A stretch of 64,000 nt of DNA from a virus, in IMG/VR virus record IMGVR_UViG_3300030117_005585, positions 13,754-77,753 of that record; one strand, 5' to 3'. The notes below the pieces were generated by a model. The model was not told the DNA's origin. It made no database searches and saw only the letters and a program-made list of their open reading frames with translations. The translations under genes and the position numbers were made by a program. The number at the start of each line of letters is the position of its first letter. Position 1 is the stretch's first letter. Below, piece by piece: positions 41,908 to 50,173 of the stretch.

Positions 41908-43175
41908 TATTTAATTTCGAGAGGATTTTTAGAATTTATAACTACTTTACCACTTGACTTTTCATACCATTCTCCAACTAAAATTTTAGATGTTGGATTA
42001 TGATATAAAGCAGGCAAACCCATTTTACAACCTCTCCATTTTCCACCGACAGGTCTCCAATCTTCTTTTTTTACATATGCTAAAATTACTACTACTCTAT
42101 CAACATTATCTTCATAACCAATAAATACTGTCCAAGCATCTCTTTCAGTATCAGCGCCTGTTGAAAATTTGGTTAGAGAGGGGTTATCAGTAATTTTACT
42201 TGCTTTAATTTCCATAGAATCGAAAAACAGAGGAAAGAACCAATCTGGATCATTTACTGATGTTGATGTTTCAACTTTTAAATTAGGGTTTACCATCTCT
42301 ATACATTCCCCACCAATAATCATAAATTGGTCGGATACTAATCCACTTCTTGTTTTTGTTTCAAGTTTTGGGCCAGGTGTAATAATTTTCTTCTTACCAT
42401 TGTGAGCCAATCCAATTTCTATTTTATCATGTTGATGAATATAATTTCTAACAGCAATACAAGTCATTAAAGCCATTTCTGTAGTATATATACTCTCAAA
42501 ATCAGTATTTCCTTGATATTGTGGAGTATTAACTTTTTTTGGAGTTGGTGGAAATAACAAATCAAAAGCTTTTGAATATTTCATACCATCATCTATTTTT
42601 TTTAAATATGTCTGCCCCTGATTATGTTTACCAATTCTCCAAAGCTTTTTTATATAAGTCAAAGATTTATTAGAATCATCTTTCCATAAATAGTCATAAA
42701 TTGATTCAATATTTATTTTATCTTTTCCTTTTACTAATCTCATTTTTTCATGTACTAACTTTATCTGATTAAAAGTTCTAACTGCACTGTCTTTACGAAC
42801 TCTTGAAGCTGCTTCCAACACTTGAATTGCATTTAAAGGATCGCTTAAATCTAAGTCAGTTTCATATTCAGTAATCTTCATCCAATTATGATCTTCGCCG
42901 GTATCCTTATCAATACCATTATGAAAACTATCTCTTGTTTCTTTCTTCTCAAACCACCTAGTATGGCCAGAAACCACAGTTCCAGCAGGATAAGGACCAT
43001 TTTTCTTTTTCAAAACTGATGGTGGATGTATTAAACCAACTCCATTGTCAATTGTTTCTGATATATGTTGCGTATCATACTCATTACTTTGCCAATCGTC
43101 ATTCAATGCGTGTTTCTTTAGAGAATCTATATGTGCATATAAAACACCGTCTATAACTTTTGTTTCGTATTTCAT
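41907..43175 (-). CDS. Hypothetical protein with ParB-like N-terminus and PD-(D/E)xK-like C-terminus
   Basis: GLIHPP...VVSGHTR; NDPDW...MEIKAS. Confidence 0.45.
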   Translation of the reverse strand: MKYETKVIDGVLYAHIDSLKKHALNDDWQSNEYDTQHISETIDNGVGLIHPPSVLKKKNGPYPAGTVVSGHTRWFEKKETRDSFHNGIDKDTGEDHNWMKITEYETDLDLSDPLNAIQVLEAASRVRKDSAVRTFNQIKLVHEKMRLVKGKDKINIESIYDYLWKDDSNKSLTYIKKLWRIGKHNQGQTYLKKIDDGMKYSKAFDLLFPPTPKKVNTPQYQGNTDFESIYTTEMALMTCIAVRNYIHQHDKIEIGLAHNGKKKIITPGPKLETKTRSGLVSDQFMIIGGECIEMVNPNLKVETSTSVNDPDWFFPLFFDSMEIKASKITDNPSLTKFSTGADTERDAWTVFIGYEDNVDRVVVILAYVKKEDWRPVGGKWRGCKMGLPALYHNPTSKILVGEWYEKSSGKVVINSKNPLEIK

Positions 43176-43196
43176 TTATTATTTCCTAATTGTTAA

Positions 43197-44390
43197 TTAT
43201 CTACCTACTTCTGATAGGTACATTTCTTTAGTTTCTTCCCAAGTCTTTCCTACGATATCTCCGTAGAAAAGTTTTTCAGGCTTCAATCTATTTTCGTCAA
43301 ATAATTTACTGTATCTTCTGATAGCTTTAGGTTTCCACCAATTAATAATGTAATCGCTATCATCACTATACTTTTTCTTCATCTTCAAATCTTTTTCTTC
43401 TATCTCTCCACGCAAAAACTCTCTACCATTTTCATATATGTCAGCGTAGAAGATACCTCTTTTAAATCCATGTTGGTAATCAGAACCCTTCACACCAACT
43501 GCTTTAAAAATCATATTAATTGTTTTTTGTTTCACACCTGTAGGAGGACCGGCAACCCCTTCTTTTTGAGTAGTTTGTCTAAGGTACTCATCTTTTTGGT
43601 TTTCTTTCAACCACTGATGCCATACATCATAAGTGGAATCATCAGGCTTCAGTGCTATTCTACCTTTAGACTCACCAAGTGTTTTCCAAAGTGGAATACT
43701 GTTATACATTGAGTGTATGCCGTATAGGGATGTGGTTGATGCTCCTACTAAGGTCTGACCATAAGTCTCTTTCCAAGCATCTCTAACTACTGATGATGTT
43801 ACGAAACAAGCCACCAACTTACCACCTAAGAAATTGAATCCCAATGGTTGAGCACAACATATCGTTGTACCTATGGAAGTATATTTAAGTTTACCATCTT
43901 TAAATTTATTTTCTTTTGTCCATCCAATATAGTTATCTCTGGCACCTAATGAAGTAACATCTGAACCCATACAAACAATTCCTAATATTTTGCCAGTTAC
44001 TTTATCTTTCAAATAAAACTTTAGGTTTCTGCCAGGGTTAGCAGTAAACTCCATAGTGTGAATCAACCTACGAACTAATGTCCACTCTTCATTGTGTTTA
44101 GCATTACCTTGTTCTGTCATTTCTAAGTAAGGTTCTAATGCTTCGATTTCTTTTATGGTTTGTTCTTTATTATTTATATCAGTAGGTGTCCAAATAGACT
44201 TTTCTATCTTAGAGAACTGAGTTGCTTTCTGAGTCATAGAGTAAACATCAGCATTAAACTCTTGCCATTTCTTATATAGTGTTTGTTCTTGTACAGACAT
44301 AGACTTTAGAAAGTCTAAGTTATCGATAAACTTCTTGCGTTCAGCTTCGAAGTCAAATTGTGGCTCGTCAAAAAAATTGTTAAAACCCAT
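43197..44390 (-). CDS. DUF4338 / DruA-like protein
   Basis: NPGRNLKF, RDNYIGW, QPLGFNFLGGKL, TTSLYG, GESKG, HGFKRG. Confidence 0.75.
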   Translation of the reverse strand: MGFNNFFDEPQFDFEAERKKFIDNLDFLKSMSVQEQTLYKKWQEFNADVYSMTQKATQFSKIEKSIWTPTDINNKEQTIKEIEALEPYLEMTEQGNAKHNEEWTLVRRLIHTMEFTANPGRNLKFYLKDKVTGKILGIVCMGSDVTSLGARDNYIGWTKENKFKDGKLKYTSIGTTICCAQPLGFNFLGGKLVACFVTSSVVRDAWKETYGQTLVGASTTSLYGIHSMYNSIPLWKTLGESKGRIALKPDDSTYDVWHQWLKENQKDEYLRQTTQKEGVAGPPTGVKQKTINMIFKAVGVKGSDYQHGFKRGIFYADIYENGREFLRGEIEEKDLKMKKKYSDDSDYIINWWKPKAIRRYSKLFDENRLKPEKLFYGDIVGKTWEETKEMYLSEVGR

Positions 44391-44442
44391 TTTAATTCCT
44401 GTTAATTTTCAATAGTTAAATAGCCTAGCTGGCCAAAAGTTG

Positions 44443-44514
44443 AGCGGAGGGTAGGAGTCGAACCTACATCTCTTCTTTGGAAAAGAAGTGTGTTTCCTAT
44501 AACACTTCCCCCGC
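44443..44514 (-). tRNA. tRNA-Gly(TCC)
   Basis: Acceptor stem GCGGGGG/CCTCCGC, U discriminator, anticodon arm CTTCT-TTTCCAA-AGAAG, T arm GTAGG-TTCGACT-CCTAC; CCA not encoded. Confidence 0.9.
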
Positions 44515-44567
44515 AATAATATATATATTTAAATTTCACCAAATACAAATATTTTTTCAACAACCCA

Positions 44568-44801
44568 CTAAACAAGTGGGTCGTTGAATGTATCATAGTC
44601 TTCAGAATCGAAGGAAGAACTCTCATAGTACCCAGCAGGCACATCAAGTACTTCATCCAACGAATCCATACCATCATCATAGTCTGATATCCCTGTGAGG
44701 GAATCATCAGGACCAATGACAGGTACATCAATGATTTTGTCAAGACCGAAGTCTTTGAGTTGATTATCATCTACGATGAAATCATTTACATCTATTTTCA
44801 T
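44568..44801 (-). CDS. Small highly acidic protein
   Basis: 22 D/E versus 3 K in 77 aa; AAGGA RBS. Confidence 0.7.
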   Translation of the reverse strand: MKIDVNDFIVDDNQLKDFGLDKIIDVPVIGPDDSLTGISDYDDGMDSLDEVLDVPAGYYESSSFDSEDYDTFNDPLV

Positions 44802-44819
44802 TTTCTGTTTTCCTTTACT

Positions 44820-45164
44820 TTAGTTGTTGTTTAAAACTTTGTTAAAAAATTCATCTTTAGTAATACCAAGTCTACCTTTGGTGTTTCTACCCCAAGCATA
44901 CTCATTCTTCAGTTGTTTGTTAGCCAACACTTTAGTCCAAAACTCAGTAGTTGGATTCTCACAAATAAACTCATAGTTTTTGAGAAATCTATCAACAGCA
45001 CCTTTTCTGAAAAAGTACATTCTTTCATTTCTGAGATTCAGTGTAGTAGTGCTTAATTTCAAACCAAAATAACCAATCTCAGCTCTAACCATATGGGTAG
45101 TGCCGGTTTTTTTATTTACCCAATAAGTGTAGGTATTTTCATTTTTGAATTTTCCGAAGTTCAT
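44820..45164 (-). CDS. Hypothetical early protein
   Basis: Start corrected to ATG 45164 after the AAAGGA leader; directly behind early promoter copy 1. Confidence 0.7.
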   Translation of the reverse strand: MNFGKFKNENTYTYWVNKKTGTTHMVRAEIGYFGLKLSTTTLNLRNERMYFFRKGAVDRFLKNYEFICENPTTEFWTKVLANKQLKNEYAWGRNTKGRLGITKDEFFNKVLNNN

Positions 45165-45190
45165 TGTTTTTCCTTTATTTCTCATATGTA

Positions 45191-45219
45191 AAGCTACGAA
45201 GAATTTTGCTAATATACAA
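45191..45219 (-). promoter_or_regulatory. Repeated sigma70-type early promoter, copy 1
   Basis: TTGTAT-17 nt-TAGCTT; near-identical at 5 loci. Confidence 0.85.
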
Positions 45220-45248
45220 GGATTATTTCTAGTTTTTTTGATCTTTTT

Positions 45249-45761
45249 TTAGAAATCACCTGGCGCTACCTGAAATGTATTTAGTCCTAAATCTCTCCAC
45301 ATTTTGACAACTTTATCTCTGTCATCTACAACAAGAAATACATCATCAATATCTACAAAAGCATCTAACATTTTTCTTTTCAAAATTTCATCAGGTGCGA
45401 ATCTCCAATTTGAAACTGCGGGATTACCGGCAGCTACAGGAAAATCATCCTTCTGATATTTGTCTGGTCTCATAACCAATAAGTCGTAAGGTACATCATT
45501 CCACTCTAACCATTCTTTTGTCCTATCAAACATTCTATCATTTCTGCCTGAAAATATAACAATCTTAAATCCATCTTGTTTGAACAACTGAGCCATTTTT
45601 ATTACTGGCTCATTTGGTTCATCGAATGCTATATGGGCTGGATTGAAAAACTCATTCCAATTCATCTTACCATTTTTACCCATTTTGAGTGCATGGTCTC
45701 TTCGTCTATCTATGTTAGCCAGAGTACCATCTAAATCGAATATGACTGTATTTTTGTCCAT
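45249..45761 (-). CDS. HAD-family phosphatase (polynucleotide kinase/phosphatase phosphatase domain-like)
   Basis: IFDLDGTLA, FSGR, LLVMRP, VDDR. Confidence 0.88.
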   Translation of the reverse strand: MDKNTVIFDLDGTLANIDRRRDHALKMGKNGKMNWNEFFNPAHIAFDEPNEPVIKMAQLFKQDGFKIVIFSGRNDRMFDRTKEWLEWNDVPYDLLVMRPDKYQKDDFPVAAGNPAVSNWRFAPDEILKRKMLDAFVDIDDVFLVVDDRDKVVKMWRDLGLNTFQVAPGDF

Positions 45762-45773
45762 TTGAATTATTCC

Positions 45774-46052
45774 CTATTTAAAAGGATTAACCATAGTTAA
45801 ATCTGCTCCAACCCAACCTTTAGATTCAGAGTAAACCATTTTAAACCTACGACCTAAACCACTAACATCCTTAGATACTCTAACGACATCGTAATTTTTG
45901 TTCCATTTATCACTGAACATTCTTTTCATAACTTTGGTGATATACCAAGATTTGCTTGTATCGTCAGTAGTGACATGATCTGTAAAACTCATAGTTTTAC
46001 CATTGACTTTATTTCTCATTAAAAACCTAAATGATTCCATTTTTAATCTCAT
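45774..46052 (-). CDS. Hypothetical early protein
   Basis: Directly behind early promoter copy 2. Confidence 0.7.
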   Translation of the reverse strand: MRLKMESFRFLMRNKVNGKTMSFTDHVTTDDTSKSWYITKVMKRMFSDKWNKNYDVVRVSKDVSGLGRRFKMVYSESKGWVGADLTMVNPFK

Positions 46053-46078
46053 TGTAATTCCTTTATTTTTCTTACCTA

Positions 46079-46107
46079 AAGCTACGAAGAATTTTGCTAA
46101 GATACAA
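46079..46107 (-). promoter_or_regulatory. Repeated early promoter, copy 2
   Basis: TTGTAT-17 nt-TAGCTT. Confidence 0.85.
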
Positions 46108-46130
46108 GGAAAAGATCAAAAAAAGTCAAA

Positions 46131-46559
46131 TTATTTTTGTGGTTTTACTAATAAATTTTCTATTATTTCATTTAGAGCTTTGAATGATGTAACTACGCTT
46201 TCAGTACCAGTCGTAAATGCTGGTTCTAAGGGAGCGCCAGATGCTGCTACAGATGACGTAATCGTAGATGTAATAGCAGTAGAAACACTTGTTGCTAATG
46301 TTATAGCAGCGTTCACAGATTGTATAGATATTATAAACGGTGGAGTTGTAATGGCAACCGGCGGTAAACCAATAGGCGGTGGTAGTAACATTCGAGCTAA
46401 CTGAAGATTTACTTCTGTTAAGTTAGCTACCGCTGGGGCAATCTGAGTTGCATAAGCAGGTCCTGATGCTTTGACTGCATTATTATCTGCCACACTAGTT
46501 CCACTTTTAGAAGCATCTAATGCTTTTTCGGCTGATTCTAATAGTTTTGTTTTTGCCAT
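46131..46559 (-). CDS. Hypothetical Ala/Thr/Pro-rich protein
   Basis: Start corrected to MAKTKLL; the longer ORF-track start lies inside the tmRNA. Confidence 0.6.
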   Translation of the reverse strand: MAKTKLLESAEKALDASKSGTSVADNNAVKASGPAYATQIAPAVANLTEVNLQLARMLLPPPIGLPPVAITTPPFIISIQSVNAAITLATSVSTAITSTITSSVAASGAPLEPAFTTGTESVVTSFKALNEIIENLLVKPQK

Positions 46560-46576
46560 TTTTTTCCTAAAGGTTG

Positions 46577-46985
46577 TGGAGCTGAGGGGAGTCGAACCCC
46601 TGTCCAAGTAGTTTTCTTCAATAAGTCATTTACAGCTTAGCTGGTTTCCATCGGTAGAAACCAGCAAACAACCATGTGGATTCCTTTTACTCAGAACATA
46701 CCCTTTAACTGATATACTTTATACTCGCATATTAGAGTTGGTGTCTAACTCATTTTATGACCGAGTGTTAGACAACTCAGTAACTTATGCAGCGTATGCG
46801 TAAGTTGGTTGGTCTTGATTATAAGCAACCATAGGTGAGTAATCATACTCAGCTAAATGCCAATCAATTACCAACCCGTCTAGCGATTCATCGCCAATTA
46901 GGTTAGTTGAGTTTTATTTAAGAGTCTACTCAAACTCTGCTGCACTTAATTGTCAAATAACACCTGTCGAAACCATTACAGCCCC
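46577..46985 (-). ncRNA. ssrA: tmRNA (~409 nt)
   Basis: 5' GGGGCTGTAATGGTTTCGAC; 3' GGACAGGGGTTCGACTCCCCTCAGCTCCA (G3:U Ala acceptor); tag reading frame 46895-46785 ends YAYAA-stop. Confidence 0.96.
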
Positions 46986-46999
46986 AAATTTTTCACTAT

Positions 47000-47030
47000 C
47001 ATCACTATCACATTTTTTTGTGTGTGTCAA
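47000..47030 (-). promoter_or_regulatory. Candidate tmRNA promoter
   Basis: Perfect TTGACA about 40 nt upstream of the mature 5' end; -10 element ambiguous (TGTGATAGT). Confidence 0.45.
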
Positions 47031-47039
47031 GTATTTTTT

Positions 47040-47201
47040 TCAATCTTTATCGTCTGCGCCTTTCCACCAATCCTCATCTTCTCTATATTGTTCAAAAACA
47101 TCATCATCGCTTAAGTAAGCTATCACTTCTCTAACTAATTCCCAATCTTCTTTTTCAATAGCTTCTTTTAACGTCTCTTTCATCCAATCTAAGTCTAACA
47201 T
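47040..47201 (-). CDS. Small acidic protein (53 aa)
   Basis: Not in ORF track. MLDLDWMKETLKEAIEKEDWELVREV...; GGAG RBS. Confidence 0.65.
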   Translation of the reverse strand: MLDLDWMKETLKEAIEKEDWELVREVIAYLSDDDVFEQYREDEDWWKGADDKD

Positions 47202-47233
47202 AATTAACTCCAAATGTTCTGATATAAATAGTG

Positions 47234-47569
47234 TTATGCGTCAAAATGTTTCCAATTTTTTTCAAAATCATCAAATAGATTTTCTAACTTTTTATTCAAC
47301 TTATTAGAGTCAATCGGATTAACTTCATTTCTTTTTAATTCAAGAGGTTTTGGATTTAACAGCGTAACTATTGCTGATAACCCTAACGCTTCCAAAATAT
47401 TAATTGTAGGTAATCCAAATATATTTGGCATTAACCAATTCCAAAGTAAACATAATGGAATACTCAAAACCATACCAATCAGTAAAAATGAAATCAATGC
47501 TACCAACCCCAACTTTAGCATATCCCAATAAAATCCATACTTTAAATTTATCATTGTTTTATCTCCCAA
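47234..47569 (-). CDS. Membrane protein
   Basis: Hydrophobic segments; LLWNWLMPNIFGLPTI motif. Confidence 0.65.
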   Translation of the reverse strand: MGDKTMINLKYGFYWDMLKLGLVALISFLLIGMVLSIPLCLLWNWLMPNIFGLPTINILEALGLSAIVTLLNPKPLELKRNEVNPIDSNKLNKKLENLFDDFEKNWKHFDA

Positions 47570-48180
47570 CCATCATTTAAAAACCTCTGTGATTTTTTGT
47601 ACTTCAATACTTTTACAGCATCACCTTTTTTAATAGTAACTAATTGATTACGACCAATCTTTTTTTCAGTTCTTTTAACTGTAGTTTCTATTCTTCTATC
47701 CATAATTAATTTACCATTTAGGTGATCTATTTCGTGTTGAACACAAACTGCTTCTAATAGTCTTAACTCCTTATCATTCTTAGATTTCTCTTTATCTTCC
47801 CAGCTACCTGTACCAGTTTCACCTGTATCACATCCACTAAATATCCAACCACTTTCCGATTGAGCAGTTTTAATCTCTACCGTTTCGTATCGCTTGGTAT
47901 GTACTCCTTTGCCAGGAAAAGACAAACAACCCTCATAATAATTAATCTCATCCGTCTTCGATACAACCTTCGGATTGATGAGTACCAAAGGTTCACGAAC
48001 ATTGACAACGGCCACTTGTGCATCAATTCCCACTTGATTAGCTGCCAGCCCAATACCGTCTTTTCTTTCGTTAAGTATCGAAAATAATTTTGTTGCGATT
48101 TCCAATCCTTCTTCAACTGTAACCTCCTTGAGTTTCTTATGAATTAGAGGGTTATTATCTTTAGTACAATCTACAATCAC
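47551..48180 (-). CDS. def: Peptide deformylase
   Basis: GIGLAANQVG, EGCLS, QHEIDHLNG. Confidence 0.96.
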   Translation of the reverse strand: MIVDCTKDNNPLIHKKLKEVTVEEGLEIATKLFSILNERKDGIGLAANQVGIDAQVAVVNVREPLVLINPKVVSKTDEINYYEGCLSFPGKGVHTKRYETVEIKTAQSESGWIFSGCDTGETGTGSWEDKEKSKNDKELRLLEAVCVQHEIDHLNGKLIMDRRIETTVKRTEKKIGRNQLVTIKKGDAVKVLKYKKSQRFLNDGWEIKQ

Positions 48181-48609
48181 TTAATCCTCAAACTTATGAT
48201 TCAAAAAATCTTTTTGTTTCTGATGTGCTTTTTTAAGTGCAGCTTTTTTCTCCATCTGTCTAGCAATAAGTATCTCATCTTTGGTTCTTCTTTTAGTTTT
48301 TTTCTTAGGTGTCACTTTTGTAGGTGAAAGAGTGCCCTTTAATTTAGGTTGTTCTACACCTTTATGAAACACATTACCATCTTTATCTACGAACTCATTC
48401 ATAAAATGCCATCCAGCAGGCCTACCTGTTGAAACCCTCTTAGGTTTATCTTTTGGCATCCCCACCATACCCATCACAGCCCTACTACCCACTACGGATA
48501 CTGCTTCCGTACTTACGTTAGCAACAGGGTCTCCTGTAACTTTACAATCCATGTAAGCTACTCCATCTATAAAGTAACCACCATTTTTTTCAAATGTATT
48601 TTTATCCAT
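48181..48609 (-). CDS. Conserved phage hypothetical protein
   Basis: GRPAGWHFM.EFVDKDGNVFHKG motif. Confidence 0.65.
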   Translation of the reverse strand: MDKNTFEKNGGYFIDGVAYMDCKVTGDPVANVSTEAVSVVGSRAVMGMVGMPKDKPKRVSTGRPAGWHFMNEFVDKDGNVFHKGVEQPKLKGTLSPTKVTPKKKTKRRTKDEILIARQMEKKAALKKAHQKQKDFLNHKFED

Positions 48610-48778
48610 TTTTTATTTCCTTTTCTTTTTTTATATTTAAAGTTTTCATAATACAACCCCAACAGGTTGTTGAAATAGTTGTTTTTCCAACCACTTCGTA
48701 ATTTCCACAATTATTTTTACACGCCATAAAAAGTTTTCCATCTTCCACATACTGATGATATTTCATTTCAGTTGCCAT
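48602..48778 (-). CDS. Small Zn-ribbon protein (58 aa)
   Basis: Not in ORF track. MATEMKYHQYVEDGKLFMACKNNCG...TTCWGCIM. Confidence 0.65.
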   Translation of the reverse strand: MATEMKYHQYVEDGKLFMACKNNCGNYEVVGKTTISTTCWGCIMKTLNIKKEKEIKNG

Positions 48779-48781
48779 AAC

Positions 48782-49303
48782 TTACCCCTTGCTATCTGTA
48801 TCCACCCAAGGTAGTTTAAAGATATGAGCATTGGTAAACTTATATGGTCTTACATCTTCTGATTCTAAAATATCTACGACATTAACCCATTTAGGATTCA
48901 TAGTATCTCTTACTTGATAAACACCATCTTTATGTCCGGCATTTTTAATTAAGATAAAGTCACCATAATCAAAAGGCCCTCCCCATCTTTTCAAAAGGTT
49001 ACGAGATAGTGCAACAAATTTATACTCTGAAGCTTTGTGTATTCTGATACGAGTACCATCAGCAGTTATATCTGGCGTCTTATCGGTTTGTGGATACACA
49101 GGCTGATACATAGTCACATCTACTATTATACCATACTCTTCATATTCAGACAATCTATGTTTTAACTTTTCATTAGTCAACCTTAGTTCAGTAATTTGAT
49201 TACTGTACATATTACCATACTTTTTAAACATATTGGTTGAGAAAAAACCATTTACTAGAGTAACTGCTATTAAAGCAGCAATTGCTGAGTTATAGGTTAT
49301 CAT
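48782..49303 (-). CDS. Membrane-anchored 3D-domain (peptidoglycan-modifying) protein
   Basis: N-terminal TM and coiled coil; VTMY, ITADG, VALSR, VRDTM, VDIL. Confidence 0.75.
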   Translation of the reverse strand: MITYNSAIAALIAVTLVNGFFSTNMFKKYGNMYSNQITELRLTNEKLKHRLSEYEEYGIIVDVTMYQPVYPQTDKTPDITADGTRIRIHKASEYKFVALSRNLLKRWGGPFDYGDFILIKNAGHKDGVYQVRDTMNPKWVNVVDILESEDVRPYKFTNAHIFKLPWVDTDSKG

Positions 49304-49743
49304 TACTTATCCCCTTTTTTATTGATATTATTTTTAATTCTGGCATACATTTTAGAAACTGATTCCATTTGTTTCTTTGAGAGTGATTTTCTACCCTTTG
49401 CTTGTTTGATAATACTCTCCATAAAATTTACTGAGCCTGTTTTATATTCATTACTCCAACTTGTGAAGTTAATCTGCTCTTTTACCATTACTAACTTTGG
49501 TAATACGCTCTGTAACCACTCATCTCTTTTGAACTGTTCTTGAGGCGAATTACGTTTTATTATATTATTTATAGCTTCTTCCATCTTAGGCGTAATCTTC
49601 CTACCACTAACTAAAGCCACTAACATATCAGAAGTAAACTCATCTGATTTGCCGGCAGCTCTAATCTGATTTTCAATAATTTTTTTGAGTTCGATGATTT
49701 GTACACCGAACTCTTTTTTATTATGTTCAACCCACTTATTCAT
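49303..49743 (-). CDS. Hypothetical protein
   Basis: Two related helical segments (GRKITPKM, RKSLSKKQ). Confidence 0.6.
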   Translation of the reverse strand: MNKWVEHNKKEFGVQIIELKKIIENQIRAAGKSDEFTSDMLVALVSGRKITPKMEEAINNIIKRNSPQEQFKRDEWLQSVLPKLVMVKEQINFTSWSNEYKTGSVNFMESIIKQAKGRKSLSKKQMESVSKMYARIKNNINKKGDK

Positions 49744-50099
49744 TATAAGTAGTTAGGTCCTGTCCAAGTAAACCAATTAGTTTCGTTAGAAAAAATAGAA
49801 CCCCTCACGTGTTTTGCCGGAGCTCTCCAACCAGCTGCTTTGAATACATCACCTTTGAAGTAAGGAATACCTTTTAGTACACCATCAGCATTAGCGACAA
49901 ATCCCCAAACTCTATTCTTCTCAATGACTTTGGTAAATTTTCTACCTTTGTTGATTCTTAACCCATCTCTAAAGTTTTGGGTTCTTTCTTCGTTTTGAGT
50001 CCAATTGGCAAAACTATTACCAATGTTTTCTAATAATTTTTCAACACCGTTGTTGAAATCAGTAGCTGCATCTTTATTTAGTTGAGTTTCTAAGTTCAT
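49743..50099 (-). CDS. Conserved phage early protein
   Basis: GRKFTKV, VWGFV, GDVFKAAGWRAPAKHVRG, WTGPNYL; start corrected to ATG 50099. Confidence 0.75.
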   Translation of the reverse strand: MNLETQLNKDAATDFNNGVEKLLENIGNSFANWTQNEERTQNFRDGLRINKGRKFTKVIEKNRVWGFVANADGVLKGIPYFKGDVFKAAGWRAPAKHVRGSIFSNETNWFTWTGPNYL

Positions 50100-50125
50100 T
50101 GTTTTTCCTTTATTTTTCATATATA

Positions 50126-50154
50126 AAGCTACGAATAAATTTGCTAACATACAA
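50126..50154 (-). promoter_or_regulatory. Repeated early promoter, copy 3
   Basis: TTGTAT-17 nt-TAGCTT. Confidence 0.85.
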
Positions 50155-50173
50155 GGAAAAGATCAAATTATTT

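Noticed and set aside
44402-44770. 122-aa minus-strand ORF
   Set aside because: Overlaps the tRNA-Gly and the acidic-protein gene in another frame
46575-46607. Apparent stand-alone tRNA fragment or att site, and the ORF start MDRGSTPLSS
   Set aside because: It is the 3' tRNA-like domain of the tmRNA; no integrase or duplicated att sequence was seen
45165-50150. Shared N-terminal peptide M(R/K)NKGKTM in two ORFs
   Set aside because: More simply explained as translation of the repeated promoter leader/RBS; the probable true starts are the downstream ATGs (leaderless initiation is not excluded)
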